The notes: generated from the letters alone by a model not told the origin. Positions 25,624 through 35,878 are shown, counted from the stretch's first letter. The stretch is DNA of 64,000 nt from Eubacteriales bacterium (GCA_045544855.1 JAZPZV010000010.1:8410-72409), one strand, 5' to 3'. Numbers and translations: made by a program.

Positions 25624-26589
25624 TTATTTACGCAAGGAGAAGTTGATGTGCTCGCTGGGAACGGGAAGTGCCTCCAGAATGCGCTTCACAAGGCTCTTGC
25701 CCTGATCCCCACGGTGGGTAAAGCTGTCACGGAAGATGATACGGTGGGCCAAAACGGGCACGGCGGCCAGCTTCAGATCGTCGGGGAGGAGATGATCTCT
25801 CCCTGCCAGGGCGGCAAAGCCCATGGACACCTTCACCAAGGCGATCATGGCACGGGGAGACGCCCCCAACAGCACGGTCTTGTCCACGCGGGTGGCCTCG
25901 CAGATGGCGGCGGCGTAGCTCAAAAGATCCGGGTGGACGTACACCGTGGCAAGCTCTTCCTTGGCACGTTGGATGTCCTCGGCGGAAACGTTCCCCGAAG
26001 CGGCAACCGGCGGGGAGGACAGCTTGCGGGAGAGAATTTCCACACTTTCCTCGTGGGTGGGGTAGCCCATGGAGGTCTTCACCAGGAATCTGTCCAGCTG
26101 TGCCTCGGGAAGCTCAAAGGTACCCTTGGTCTCCACGGGGTTCTGGGTGGCGATGACCATAAAGGGCTCTGCCAAGGGGTAGGTTTCCCCCTCCACGGTG
26201 ACCTGATGCTCCTCCATACACTCCAAAAGTCCCGATTGGGTCTTGGGCATGGCGCGGTTGATCTCGTCCGCCAGCAAAATGTTGGTGAACACGGGACCTC
26301 TGATGAAGCGGAACTCCGAGTGCTTCATGTCAAAGTAATTTACCCCCATCAAATCGGAGGGGAGCATATCGGGAACGCACTGCACCCGCTTGAAGTCCAA
26401 GGAAAGGGCAGAGGCGAAGGTTTTGGCCAGCATGGTCTTGCCCGTACCGGGGACGTCGTCCAACAGCATATGCCCGCCGCAAAGGAGGGTGATCACGGCA
26501 AGGTCGGTGACTTGAGCTTTGCCCACGATGACCTTCTCCACCCGAGAGCTGACGGTGCGATGGATCTTTTGGATAGCGGTGTATTCCAT
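25624..26589 (-). CDS. MoxR-family AAA+ ATPase
   Basis: Walker A GTGKT, Walker B LLADEINR, and a sensor region. Start at the ATG with the AAGGAAG RBS; the upstream ATG at 26613 would sit at the predicted TSS. Confidence 0.9.
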   Translation of the reverse strand: MEYTAIQKIHRTVSSRVEKVIVGKAQVTDLAVITLLCGGHMLLDDVPGTGKTMLAKTFASALSLDFKRVQCVPDMLPSDLMGVNYFDMKHSEFRFIRGPVFTNILLADEINRAMPKTQSGLLECMEEHQVTVEGETYPLAEPFMVIATQNPVETKGTFELPEAQLDRFLVKTSMGYPTHEESVEILSRKLSSPPVAASGNVSAEDIQRAKEELATVYVHPDLLSYAAAICEATRVDKTVLLGASPRAMIALVKVSMGFAALAGRDHLLPDDLKLAAVPVLAHRIIFRDSFTHRGDQGKSLVKRILEALPVPSEHINFSLRK

Positions 26590-26620
26590 AAAAAGCACTT
26601 CCTTTTGGTTCATTTGTTAC

Positions 26621-26649
26621 AGTATACCATAGCGGCGGCAGAATTGCAA
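26621..26649 (-). promoter_or_regulatory. sigma-A-type promoter of the MoxR operon
   Basis: On the minus strand: TTGCAA, 17-nt spacer, TATACT. Confidence 0.6.
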
Positions 26650-26666
26650 GAAAAATCTTTCGGTGC

Positions 26667-26704
26667 GGAGAAAGCCAAACTGTCGATAAAAAAGGCTCCC
26701 CTTA
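26667..26704. repeat. 38-nt direct repeat, copy 1 (GGAGAAAGCCAAACTGTCGATAAAAAAGGCTCCCCTTA)
   Basis: Identical 38-mer at 26944-26981. Confidence 0.9.
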
Positions 26705-26943
26705 GCATAGGGGAAGGCGGGGATTGTCCCACGGGCCAAACTAACTTTTCGAAGCGGGCAACAAGCAACACGTTCCCCGGAGGCAACGCCGGCGGCACGA
26801 ATCAACCGGCGGCTTATACCTACGTCTATTTTCCCGCTACCGAAAGAATCTTTCCGCATGGCTCAACCCCCTCAGTCGGCTGACGCCGCCAGCTCCCCCT
26901 TCCGGGGGCAGCCGATGTACTTTTTCAAAACGATGAGCTACAT

Positions 26944-26981
26944 GGAGAAAGCCAAACTGTCGATAAAAAAGGCTCCCCTTA
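26944..26981. repeat. 38-nt direct repeat, copy 2
   Basis: Identical to 26667-26704. Overlaps the hemW terminator. Confidence 0.9.
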
Positions 26982-26992
26982 GTAAGGGGAGC
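26963..26992 (-). terminator. intrinsic terminator of lepA-hemW
   Basis: On the minus strand: 9-bp stem GCTCCCCTT / AAGGGGAGC followed by TTTTTTAT. Confidence 0.7.
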
Positions 26993-27045
26993 TGTCGCGC
27001 CGTTTGCGGCGTGACTGAGGGGATTGACCCTCTCAAAGTCCGTAT

Positions 27046-28134
27046 TCACAAAAGCAACTGCCCGATAACGGCGTTGGAAACGCGGAAGCCTTTTTCCGTC
27101 AGCGCCACGTTGTCCCCGCGGCGTACCATCAGCCCCAAGGCGATCATCCGCTCCACGGGTTGCGCAGGCACCAGATGTGCGGGAATCCCGAAGGAGGTGC
27201 GAAGCCCCAACAGCACGTCTTCCTCCCACATCTCCGTTTCGTCAATGCGTTCTGCCTTTTTGTAGTCGTTGCAACCCAAGGGGTCTGCCAGGTAGCCCTC
27301 CAGGTCGGGAAGGTTGGCGAACCGTTTCCCGTTCCAATGGGAGTGGGCGGCAGGGCCAAAGCCCAAGTATTCTCCTCTCTGCCAATAGTGGAGGTTGTGG
27401 CGGGAATACCGCCCCTCCGCCGCAAAGGAAGAGATCTCGTAATGCTCAAAGCCTGCCTCTCTTGCCTTTTGGCAGAGAAGGTCGTACTGCCCTTCTTCCT
27501 CCTCTTCCGTGGGGAAGGTGAGGGTGGCTCTGCTTTCAAAGAAGGGGGTGCCCTCCTCCAATTGCAGAGAATAGACGGAAAGATGGTTGGGTTTCAAAGC
27601 AAAGGCGGCATCTAAGGAAGCTGCGAAGCTCTCCTTGCTCTGCCCGGGGAGCGCGAAGATCAGATCCAGGCTGATATTGTCAAACCCCGCTTCCCGTGCG
27701 TTTTCCACGCAGGTCTTTACCATGTCTGCGGTGTGGATCCTGCCCAGAAAAGCAAGCTCCTTGTCGCACCCGGATTGCATCCCCACGGAAAGGCGGTTGA
27801 AGCCCGCTTGGCGTACCTTCTGCAGAAAGGGCAGATCCACCGTGCCGGGGTTTACCTCCAAGGTGATCTCTGCGTCCTCACGGATGAAAAAGCGGGAGCG
27901 TAAGAAGTCCAGCATGGTCACCAGCCGTTCTGCTCCGAACAGGGAGGGGGTGCCTCCTCCGAAATACACGGAGGACACCTGCCGATGCTCGGGGAAGGAA
28001 TCGGCCTGCTTCTGCAAGGCTTCCAGATAAGCGTCCTTGACGTTCTCTCCCACTGCGGGGAGGGAATAGAAGGCGCAGTAATTGCATTTTTTGACGCAGA
28101 AGGGGATATGGACGTACAGGGCGATCGTGCTCAT
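27046..28134 (-). CDS. hemW: radical SAM heme chaperone HemW (HemN-like, oxygen-independent coproporphyrinogen oxidase family)
   Basis: [16 protein letters not shown] CxxxCxxC motif. 362 aa. Overlaps the lepA stop by 4 nt. Confidence 0.9.
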   Translation of the reverse strand: MSTIALYVHIPFCVKKCNYCAFYSLPAVGENVKDAYLEALQKQADSFPEHRQVSSVYFGGGTPSLFGAERLVTMLDFLRSRFFIREDAEITLEVNPGTVDLPFLQKVRQAGFNRLSVGMQSGCDKELAFLGRIHTADMVKTCVENAREAGFDNISLDLIFALPGQSKESFAASLDAAFALKPNHLSVYSLQLEEGTPFFESRATLTFPTEEEEEGQYDLLCQKAREAGFEHYEISSFAAEGRYSRHNLHYWQRGEYLGFGPAAHSHWNGKRFANLPDLEGYLADPLGCNDYKKAERIDETEMWEEDVLLGLRTSFGIPAHLVPAQPVERMIALGLMVRRGDNVALTEKGFRVSNAVIGQLLL

Positions 28135-29951
28135 GATTCGTCGTCCATCTTCAGCACCGCCATGAAGGCCTCGGAGGGCACCTGCACGGAGCCGAAGGAG
28201 CGCATACGCTTCTTGCCTTCCTTCTGTTTTTCCAAAAGCTTCTTCTTACGGGTGATGTCACCGCCGTAGCATTTGGCAAGCACGTCCTTACGCATGGCTC
28301 TCACCGTCTCACGGGCGATGACCTTGCCGCCGATGGCCGCCTGGACGGGCAATTCAAAGAGCTGGCGGGGGATGTTGTCACGAAGCTTTTCCACGATCTT
28401 TCTGCCGCGGGTGTAGGCACGGTCTGCGTGGACGATGAAGGAAAGGGCGTCGATCAGCTCCCCGTTTAAGAGGATATCCAGCTTCACCAGGTCGGACTTG
28501 CGGTAGCCGATGGGCTCGTAGTCCAAAGAAGCGTAGCCCTTGGTCTTGGATTTTAAGGTGTCGAAGAAGTCGTAGACGATCTCGTTGAGGGGCATCTCGT
28601 AGATCAGCTCCGCACGGGTGGTGTCCAGATACTTCATGTCGATATAGGTGCCGCGGCGGTCCAGGCAGAACTGCATCACGCTTCCCACGTATTCCGTGGG
28701 GGTGATGATGGAAGCCTTCACGATGGGCTCGCGAGCCTCGGCAATCCTTTGGGGATCGGGATAGTTGGAGGGGTTGTCCACGTGAATGGTCTCGCCGTCG
28801 GTAAGCACCAGCTCGTAGATAACGCTGGGGGCGGTGGTGATGAGATCCAGGTTGAACTCTCTTTCCAACCGCTCGTCAATGATCTCCATGTGCAAAAGGC
28901 CCAAGAAGCCCGCACGGAAGCCAAAGCCCAAAGCGATGGAGGTCTCCGGCTCAAACACCAGGGAGGCATCGTTGAGCTGAAGCTTTTCCAAAGCATCCTT
29001 CAGATCGCCGTACTTACTGCCGTCTGCGGGGTAAATGCCGGAGAATACCATGGGCTGAGCCTTCTTAAAGCCGGGCAGAGGCGCGGGAGTGGGATTTTCC
29101 ACCAAAGTAACGGTATCGCCCACGGTGGTGTCTCCGATGTTTTTGATGCTGGCGGTGAAGTAGCCTACCTCTCCCGCCCGGAGACAGGGCGTCTTGTCCA
29201 AGGTGAAAGCGCCCAGGGTGCCTACCTCCACCACGTCGAACTTGGCGCCGGTGTGCATCATCTGCACCGTGTCCCCCACGGACAGGGTACCGTCCATGAC
29301 GCGGATGTACACCACCACGCCCTTGTAGGAGTCGTAATAGCTGTCGAAGATCAGCGCCTTCAGGGGCTTATTGGGGTCGCCCTTGGGGGCGGGAACGTCG
29401 GTGACGATCTTTTCCAGAACGTCCTTGATGTTCAACCCCATCTTTGCGGAAATGCAGGGGGCGTCCTCTGCGGGAATGCCGATGATATCCTCCACTGCAC
29501 GCTTTGCCATGGCAGGGTCGGCGGAAGGCAGGTCGATCTTGTTGATGACGGGCAGGATCTCCAGGTCGTTATCCACCGCCATGTAAGCGTTGGCAAGGGT
29601 CTGGGCCTGCACGCCCTGGGTAGCGTCCACGATGAGCACGGCACCCTCGCAGGCGGTGAGGGAACGGGACACCTCGTAGCCGAAGTCCACGTGGCCGGGG
29701 GTGTCGATCAGGTTCAGACGGTAGGTCTCTCCGTCCTCGGCCTTGTAGTCAAAGCGCACGGCACGGGCCTTGATGGTAATGCCACGCTCACGCTCCAAGT
29801 CCATGTTGTCCAAAAGCTGTTCTTCAATATCACGCTTTTCCACGGCGCCGGTATATTCCAGCAGACGGTCCGCCAGGGTGCTCTTTCCGTGGTCGATGTG
29901 GGCGATGATGGAGAAGTTGCGGATCTTTTTGATGTCGTACATAGTGTTCAA
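28131..29951 (-). CDS. lepA: translation elongation factor 4
   Basis: [17 protein letters not shown]1 motif, [13 protein letters not shown], and the LepA-specific C-terminal domain. Confidence 0.97.
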   Translation of the reverse strand: MNTMYDIKKIRNFSIIAHIDHGKSTLADRLLEYTGAVEKRDIEEQLLDNMDLERERGITIKARAVRFDYKAEDGETYRLNLIDTPGHVDFGYEVSRSLTACEGAVLIVDATQGVQAQTLANAYMAVDNDLEILPVINKIDLPSADPAMAKRAVEDIIGIPAEDAPCISAKMGLNIKDVLEKIVTDVPAPKGDPNKPLKALIFDSYYDSYKGVVVYIRVMDGTLSVGDTVQMMHTGAKFDVVEVGTLGAFTLDKTPCLRAGEVGYFTASIKNIGDTTVGDTVTLVENPTPAPLPGFKKAQPMVFSGIYPADGSKYGDLKDALEKLQLNDASLVFEPETSIALGFGFRAGFLGLLHMEIIDERLEREFNLDLITTAPSVIYELVLTDGETIHVDNPSNYPDPQRIAEAREPIVKASIITPTEYVGSVMQFCLDRRGTYIDMKYLDTTRAELIYEMPLNEIVYDFFDTLKSKTKGYASLDYEPIGYRKSDLVKLDILLNGELIDALSFIVHADRAYTRGRKIVEKLRDNIPRQLFELPVQAAIGGKVIARETVRAMRKDVLAKCYGGDITRKKKLLEKQKEGKKRMRSFGSVQVPSEAFMAVLKMDDES

Positions 29952-29971
29952 ATCCTTGAAATTGAGAAAAT

Positions 29972-30008
29972 AAGCGGGGCGGTTCGAATGTTCGAATCCG
30001 TCCCGCTT
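29972..30008 (-). terminator. hairpin downstream of secF (possible terminator)
   Basis: 11-bp imperfect stem AAGCGGGGCGG / CCGTCCCGCTT, followed on the minus strand by ATTTTCT. Confidence 0.4.
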
Positions 30009-30034
30009 GAAAATACGTGGGAATGAATTGGGTT

Positions 30035-30964
30035 TTACTTCGCCTTCTTACCCAGCTTGATACCGGAAAGTGCGTTCCAGATCATACCGGACAGGAACAC
30101 GGAGGAGAACAGACCTGCAAAGATACCCACGATCAGAGTACCTGCAAAGTCACGCAGGGAGTCCAGGTTGGAGGTGGGGAAGAGGATCACGGCAACCGCA
30201 CAAGCCACGAATACTGCGCCGATGGTCAGCAGAGTGGTGATGGTGGTGTTGACGGATCTGCCCATGGTCTCGTGGATACTGGTGTTGACCACCTCTGCAA
30301 AGGAGTCCTTATCGTTCTTCTTTTTGTTCTCACGGATACGGTCAAACACCACGATGGTGGCGTTGATGGAGTAACCCAGGATGGTCAGGAAGGCCGCGAT
30401 CACGGAAGAGGACAGAGGGATCTGGAACAGGGAGTAGACCACCAGCATCACGAACAGGTCGTGGAGCAAGCAGGCAACGGATGCCACGCCGGAAGCAAAC
30501 TGGAAGCGGAATGCGATGTAGACCAGCATTGCCACGACGGCGATCGCAACGGTGATCAGCGCGGTGTACAGGGTTCTGGTACCGATGACGGGGGAGATGT
30601 TGTTCATCTGCACCTCGGTGCTGGCGTTCTGATACTTCTCGCAGATGATCTCCAGCAGATGGTTCTGCTGTTCGGTGGACATTGCGTTCTTGCTCTCGAT
30701 CTTTACGGAGTTTTCGCTGTAGGTGACGGAAGTAACGTAATCCTTACCCAGCTCTTTGTCGTTCTCGATAAGAGCTTTCACGTCGGAAGCGATCTGGTTA
30801 GAGGTAGCCTCGCCCAGGTCAATGGTCAGCTCGTAACCGCCGGTGAAGTCGATATCCAGATTGAACCCGCGGATCACGAAGGACAGGATGCCCACCAGGA
30901 GCACCACGCCCACGATGATCAGGGTGATCTTCTTGTTGTTGATAAAGTGGAAATTCTTAAGCAT
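30035..30964 (-). CDS. secF: protein translocase subunit SecF
   Basis: Six-TM SecF profile (GIDFTGG-like DIDFTGG). GGAGG RBS before the ATG at 30964. Overlaps the secD stop. Confidence 0.92.
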   Translation of the reverse strand: MLKNFHFINNKKITLIIVGVVLLVGILSFVIRGFNLDIDFTGGYELTIDLGEATSNQIASDVKALIENDKELGKDYVTSVTYSENSVKIESKNAMSTEQQNHLLEIICEKYQNASTEVQMNNISPVIGTRTLYTALITVAIAVVAMLVYIAFRFQFASGVASVACLLHDLFVMLVVYSLFQIPLSSSVIAAFLTILGYSINATIVVFDRIRENKKKNDKDSFAEVVNTSIHETMGRSVNTTITTLLTIGAVFVACAVAVILFPTSNLDSLRDFAGTLIVGIFAGLFSSVFLSGMIWNALSGIKLGKKAK

Positions 30965-32270
30965 CTTTCTTACCTCCGCCAATGGGCATATAAGCCTTTA
31001 CGTTGATGAGGCCCATACCGACACCGAGGTTCAGAAGTGCACGGGACACAAGGAGTGCGGTAAACAGGGAGATGATAACACCGATGCCAAGCGTAGTAGC
31101 AAAGCCCTTGATGGTACCGGAGCCGAAGATATACAGTACCACGCAAGCGATCAAGGTGGTCACGTTGGAGTCCAGAATTGCCCACAGAGCACGCTTGTAG
31201 CCGCTCTTGATGGAAAGCTTCACGCTCTTGCCTGCGCCCAGCTCTTCCTTCATACGCTCGAAGATGACCACGTTTGCGTCAACTGCCATACCGATGGAAA
31301 GGATGATACCTGCGATACCGGTCAAAGTCAGGTTGAACTGACCGATGGCCAGTACCAGGAAGAAGATGGCGGTGTAGGCAACCAGAGAGATGGAAGCCCA
31401 TACGCCGGGGAGACGGTAGTAAACTGCCATGAAGATCATGACCAACAGCAGACCTACGGCACCTGCCAGCAGAGAGATCTGCAGAGCATCCTCACCCAAA
31501 GAAGCCTTAACGGACTCCAGGCTTACCTGCTCCAAATCGTACTGCAGAGCACCTGCGTCGATGTTGTTTGCCAATGCCTCGGCCTCTTCCAGCGTGGTGA
31601 AGCCGCCGCTGATGGTAGCCTTGCCGCCGGTGATACCGGTGGTGGCGTACTGGGAAGAAACGGTGGGAGCGGAGATGACCTGATCGTCAACGTAGATGTC
31701 CAGAGTCTTGTTGCTTGCCGCGCATTTCTTGGTGGCTTCCGCAAACTTCTTTTCGCCTTCTGCGGTGAACTGCAGGAATACTACGATCTCAGCCTCGCCG
31801 GTGGTCTGGTTGGTGTCGTAGCCTGCGGTTGCGCTGGCGACGTCGTCACCGGTGAGGGCGGCATCCTTCTCGCCGTTTACCTTGAACTGCAGCTTTGCGG
31901 TCTGCATAAAGTTCATAGCTTCCTGAGTGGGATCCTCCACGCTGGGGAGCTCCACAACGATCATATCGCCGCCGTAGAGATATACCAACGCTTCGGTAAA
32001 GCCTGCGTTATCCAGACGGTTTCTCATGACCTCCAGCACGCTGTTCATGCCGGAAGAGGTGATGTCTCCGCCTTCGTTCTTAGCCTGATAGGTGATGGAA
32101 GCACCGCCTGCCAGGTCAAGACCCAAGCGGATGGTCCCTTCATCAAAGATGCCGTGCAACTGTGCATCGTCGTTTATATAAACGCCGCAGATGGAAAATG
32201 CAAGCAGCGTCGCAATAACGAGAAGCAACAGGATGAAACGGGCAACACTTGTCGCTTTCGTAAAGTTCAT
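30957..32270 (-). CDS. secD: protein translocase subunit SecD
   Basis: 437 aa. LGLDLAGG motif and an RND-like C-terminal six-TM bundle. Confidence 0.92.
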   Translation of the reverse strand: MNFTKATSVARFILLLLVIATLLAFSICGVYINDDAQLHGIFDEGTIRLGLDLAGGASITYQAKNEGGDITSSGMNSVLEVMRNRLDNAGFTEALVYLYGGDMIVVELPSVEDPTQEAMNFMQTAKLQFKVNGEKDAALTGDDVASATAGYDTNQTTGEAEIVVFLQFTAEGEKKFAEATKKCAASNKTLDIYVDDQVISAPTVSSQYATTGITGGKATISGGFTTLEEAEALANNIDAGALQYDLEQVSLESVKASLGEDALQISLLAGAVGLLLVMIFMAVYYRLPGVWASISLVAYTAIFFLVLAIGQFNLTLTGIAGIILSIGMAVDANVVIFERMKEELGAGKSVKLSIKSGYKRALWAILDSNVTTLIACVVLYIFGSGTIKGFATTLGIGVIISLFTALLVSRALLNLGVGMGLINVKAYMPIGGGKKDA

Positions 32271-32308
32271 CGTATTACTTACCTCCGAGAGATTACTTTA
32301 ACATTCCT

Positions 32309-32337
32309 ATTATACACGCAAAAACCCTTTCCGTCAA
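32309..32337 (-). promoter_or_regulatory. sigma-A-type promoter of secDF
   Basis: On the minus strand: TTGACG, 17-nt spacer, TATAAT. Confidence 0.65.
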
Positions 32338-32348
32338 GTGTTTTTTGC

Positions 32349-33242
32349 TTATTTCAAAATATCGATGGCACTTTTTTCCACGGAAATGGTGGAATTTTTG
32401 CTTTTTCCGCCATCTTCTCCGTCCAAAGACCAGCCAACCGGCTCTGCGGAAAGGATACGACAGCACTTTACCTGACGAATGCTGATGTTGGGGTCGTCGA
32501 TACCGCCCCCCAAAAGCTTGGTGGCGATCCTGCCCGCTTCCACCAAGTCCTGAGGGAAGCGGATGAGCAACAGCTCGAAAAGGCCGTCGTTGAAGTTCAC
32601 GGACTTGGCCCCCAGCTTCACCGTGCCCGCCATGACGGTTGTGTTTCCGATCCCGCAGAAGATGTACTTGCCCTCAATGGTCTCGCCGTCGGCGTTGATG
32701 GTAAGGTTCAAGGGACGGATGGTGGCCAGGGCGGGAATGGCACTGAGCACGTAGGCCGCGTGCCCCATCAGGTTCTTCATGGATTGGCTGGTGTTGTAGG
32801 AGGTATCCGCAAAAGCACCGCAGCAGGCCACGTAGGTAAACCGCCGTCCGTTGAAAGTGCCCAGGTCGTGGGGAACGGGGGTGCTTTTCAGAATATTTTC
32901 CACGGCGGTGGGGATGTCGGAAGAGATTCCCAAGGAAGTGGCAAAATCGTTGGTGGAGCCAAAGGGGATATACCCCACGGGGATCTTTTTGCCGCTGCGG
33001 GAAATGCCCTCCACGGTCATGTTCAACGTTCCGTCGCCGCCACAGGCCACCACCATGTCAAAGGCTTTTTCACGGGACACCATAGAAGCGATCTGCTCCA
33101 CGGTGGTATTGCCCTTTTGAGTGGGAAGCACCGTTACGGTACAGCCGCCCTGGGAAAACAGGGTGACGATATCCAGCAGATGCTTTTTGGCTGCGCCCTT
33201 TCCGGCGATGGGGTTGATGACAAGCAAGGTTTTTCCGATCAC
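32349..33242 (-). CDS. diacylglycerol/lipid kinase, YegS/DagK family
   Basis: LVINPIAGKG and VACGGDGT motifs. GTG start with AGGGGGAG RBS. Confidence 0.85.
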   Translation of the reverse strand: MIGKTLLVINPIAGKGAAKKHLLDIVTLFSQGGCTVTVLPTQKGNTTVEQIASMVSREKAFDMVVACGGDGTLNMTVEGISRSGKKIPVGYIPFGSTNDFATSLGISSDIPTAVENILKSTPVPHDLGTFNGRRFTYVACCGAFADTSYNTSQSMKNLMGHAAYVLSAIPALATIRPLNLTINADGETIEGKYIFCGIGNTTVMAGTVKLGAKSVNFNDGLFELLLIRFPQDLVEAGRIATKLLGGGIDDPNISIRQVKCCRILSAEPVGWSLDGEDGGKSKNSTISVEKSAIDILK

Positions 33243-33268
33243 GAAATACTCCCCCTTTCATACCTGCC

Positions 33269-33297
33269 ATTCTATCAAATTTGCCCTCGCTTGTCAA
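33269..33297 (-). promoter_or_regulatory. sigma-A-type promoter of the lipid kinase gene
   Basis: On the minus strand: TTGACA, 17-nt spacer, TAGAAT. Confidence 0.6.
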
Positions 33298-33341
33298 TGG
33301 GGAAATTTCTTTTAAATTGTGAACGGAGCGCAACTTTTCTC

Positions 33342-33370
33342 TTGCAATGGGAGGGAAATTGTGGTAAGAT
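33342..33370 (+). promoter_or_regulatory. sigma-A-type promoter of the SGNH hydrolase gene
   Basis: TTGCAA, 17-nt spacer, TAAGAT. Confidence 0.55.
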
Positions 33371-33411
33371 GAAACCAAAGCATAACGATTTTGAAAGGAA
33401 TTCTTTGCTAT

Positions 33412-34530
33412 ATGATGTACAGTACGCCTTTTGCACCTCCCAAGCCCTCTATGGAGTCTTTGGAGGACCGTGTTTTTGTTCCCGCAGAGGAGCTTTGCGA
33501 GGCCGCCGAGGACGGTCGCTTCTACGTGGAAGCGGGGGACAGCGCCGTGGTGGCTCTGGGCGGGATCACCCCTCCTAAGGAAAACGGCGGGGAATACTAC
33601 CGCTTCGACGTGACCAAAAAGGACAAGCTTTCCGGTCCCAACATGGGGCTTTCCATGTGCACCGCAGGGGCTTCTGCCCGTTTCATTACCGACGCAGAGA
33701 CGGTGACCATCGACGCCAAGCTTCGCGGGGTGATCTACGGCATGAGCCATTTCTGCAACCGCGGGGTCTACGGCTTTGATATGCTGGTGGGCAGCGGTAC
33801 GGATCGTAAGTACTCCGGCAACGTGATGCAGATGTTCGTGGGCGTCAACGACGCTCTGAAGGACACCATGTATCTCCCCAAGGGGCTCAAGGAAGTGCAG
33901 GTGAACTTCCCCCTGTATGGCGGTGTGGAATCCGTGAAGTTCGGCTTCCCCGCAGGGAGCAAGGTGGCGTACCCCACAGGGCGCGCCTACAAGCCCATCG
34001 CTTTCTACGGCTCCTCCATCACCCAGGGCGGGTGCGTGGGCAGACCCGGCAACTCCTACTGCAACATCGTCTGCCGGGCTTTGGATGCGGATTGCCGCAA
34101 CTTAGGCTTCTCCGGCTCTGCCATGGGCGAACAGGTGGTGGCGGAATACATCGGCTCTTTGGAGCTTTCCGCCTTCGTCATGGATTACGACTACAACTCT
34201 CCTTCCGAAGAGCATCTCCGCTCTACCCACCGTCCCTTCTTCGAGACGGTGCGTAAGATGCAGCCCGACCTGCCCATTGTTCTCATGACCCATGTGTGGT
34301 CTTTTGAGGACAGAGAAACGGACTTCAACCGTGTGAAGATCGTCAAGGAGACCTACGACGCCGCCATCGCCGCAGGGGACAAGAACGTGTACTTCATCGA
34401 CGGCACCAACTTCTTCCGTGGGCAGATGCGTGACCTCTGCACCGTGGACGCCCTCCATCCCAACGATCTTGGGCAGTTCATCATGGCCGAGGAGGTCTAC
34501 AAGACCCTTGCCATGGCGTTGAAGAGATAA
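33412..34530 (+). CDS. SGNH/GDSL-family hydrolase with N-terminal beta-sandwich domain
   Basis: Block I FYGSSITQGG and block V DALHPND. ATG at 33412 lies 11 nt after GAAAGGAA. Confidence 0.8.
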   Translation: MMYSTPFAPPKPSMESLEDRVFVPAEELCEAAEDGRFYVEAGDSAVVALGGITPPKENGGEYYRFDVTKKDKLSGPNMGLSMCTAGASARFITDAETVTIDAKLRGVIYGMSHFCNRGVYGFDMLVGSGTDRKYSGNVMQMFVGVNDALKDTMYLPKGLKEVQVNFPLYGGVESVKFGFPAGSKVAYPTGRAYKPIAFYGSSITQGGCVGRPGNSYCNIVCRALDADCRNLGFSGSAMGEQVVAEYIGSLELSAFVMDYDYNSPSEEHLRSTHRPFFETVRKMQPDLPIVLMTHVWSFEDRETDFNRVKIVKETYDAAIAAGDKNVYFIDGTNFFRGQMRDLCTVDALHPNDLGQFIMAEEVYKTLAMALKR

Positions 34531-34543
34531 GATACAGAGAACG

Positions 34544-34621
34544 AAAAAGAACCTTTCTTTCGAAAAGAAAGGTTCTTTTGCTTTCCAAAGAAACGTATTG
34601 CCGAAAACTGTCGTTTTCGGG
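34544..34621. repeat. composite two-hairpin element, copy 1 (hairpin A also acts as a bidirectional terminator)
   Basis: 14-bp stem AAGAACCTTTCTTT / AAAGAAAGGTTCTT with flanking A- and T-tracts, then GCCGAAAACTGTCGTTTTCGG 48 nt later. Copy 2 at 42949-43025. Confidence 0.85.
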
Positions 34622-34628
34622 AGAGGGG

Positions 34629-35387
34629 TTATTCGGTGATCTCCGGGAGGGTGACGGCGGTTTTGTTCAGATCGTAGATACCGATGGTCAGCCGTGCGCC
34701 GGAATCTTCTCTCACGTCCTTGGCGTAGATGGTGTAGGTTCCGTTCGTGCATTCCAGACTGCCCCCGCCGAAAAGGATAAACTGAATATCCACGGAGAAG
34801 GAGTCCACCATTTGCATGGTTTCAAGGTCGTAGTTCTCGTTTTTGAACAAGGGGGCAAGAGAGCCGTCGATGCCCACCACGTCCTCGGGGAACTCGGTTT
34901 CTTCTTTGATCCAATTGCCGTTTTCATCTTGGGAATACATATAAGCGGTATCCCCGTCCTTTTGGAAGTAGGATTCCCTTTTGGTGTAAGTACCTGCTTC
35001 CATGACGGAAACGATGTGGTAGACCCCGTTTTGGTAGTACACCATGGCGGTAGCCACCCGTTCTCCCGGGATCTCGATCTCCATAACGAAGCTGCTGCTT
35101 TCCGCTTGGGTATAGAGGGTATAAAGCTCCTCGGGAGTGATTTGAGTCAGCTCTTCGCCACCGCCACTTTCCGTGGGCTCACTTACTGCAGGGTCACTCT
35201 CTGCGGGGGTACTTTCTGCGGCGGAGGGGTCTTCGGAAGAAGCTTCTTCGGGAAGGGATTCCGCTTGGGAGGACACGGCCGCGGAGGGAGCCTCACTGTC
35301 GGAAGTGGTGGCAGTTTCTTCCGCACAGGCGGCCAGACACAGCGCCAGAATCAAAAGGGGAAAGAGGTACTTGTATATCTTTTTCAT
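34629..35387 (-). CDS. hypothetical lipoprotein
   Basis: Lipobox LAAC after MKKIYKYLFPLLILALC. Acidic S/E/P linker followed by a beta-rich domain. Confidence 0.75.
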   Translation of the reverse strand: MKKIYKYLFPLLILALCLAACAEETATTSDSEAPSAAVSSQAESLPEEASSEDPSAAESTPAESDPAVSEPTESGGGEELTQITPEELYTLYTQAESSSFVMEIEIPGERVATAMVYYQNGVYHIVSVMEAGTYTKRESYFQKDGDTAYMYSQDENGNWIKEETEFPEDVVGIDGSLAPLFKNENYDLETMQMVDSFSVDIQFILFGGGSLECTNGTYTIYAKDVREDSGARLTIGIYDLNKTAVTLPEITE

Positions 35388-35415
35388 TAAAAACTCCTTT
35401 TCATTTGTTGCTTTT

Positions 35416-35445
35416 ATTGTAGCACAGAACCGAAAGATTTGTCAA
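35416..35445 (-). promoter_or_regulatory. sigma-A-type promoter of the lipoprotein gene
   Basis: On the minus strand: TTGACA, 18-nt spacer, TACAAT. Confidence 0.55.
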
Positions 35446-35451
35446 GAGACG

Positions 35452-35481
35452 AAAAAACACCCCGAGGTTACCCTCGGGGTG
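35452..35481 (-). terminator. intrinsic terminator of rplJL
   Basis: On the minus strand: 10-bp stem CACCCCGAGG / CCTCGGGGTG followed by TTTTTT. Confidence 0.85.
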
Positions 35482-35503
35482 AATTTCTGCATGAATGCAA
35501 AAC

Positions 35504-35878
35504 TTACTTAATGGTGATGGTAGCGCCAACTTCTTCAAGCTGCTTCTTGAGAGCTTCTGCCTCTTCCTTGGAGATACCGGTCTTGACCATCTTGGGGCAG
35601 CTGGTAACCAGCTCCTTAGCTTCGCCAAGGGACAGGCCTGCGATGTCCTTAACTTCCTTGATGACCTTCAGCTTCTTAGCTTCGTCATAAGAGGTGAGCT
35701 CTACGTCGAACTCGGTCTTCTCCTCAACTGCGGGAGCTGCTGCTGCGCCGGGAGCTGCTGCAACTGCTACGGGAGCTGCGGAAACGCCGTACTTCTCTTC
35801 CAGAGCCTTAACCAGGTCGGAGAGTTCAAGAATAGTAAGAGTATCGATGATATCGAGAATCTGCTGGATCTTTTCCAT
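35504..35878 (-). CDS. rplL: 50S ribosomal protein L7/L12
   Basis: [32 protein letters not shown]...KEAKELV. Unmistakable family sequence. Confidence 0.97.
   Translation of the reverse strand: MEKIQQILDIIDTLTILELSDLVKALEEKYGVSAAPVAVAAAPGAAAAPAVEEKTEFDVELTSYDEAKKLKVIKEVKDIAGLSLGEAKELVTSCPKMVKTGISKEEAEALKKQLEEVGATITIK

Noticed and set aside
26610-27229. Small ORFs 26610-26798, 26617-26859 and 26837-27229
   Set aside because: Their translations repeat KGSLFYRQFGF only because they read through the duplicated 38-nt repeat. They have no RBS and overlap terminator hairpins.
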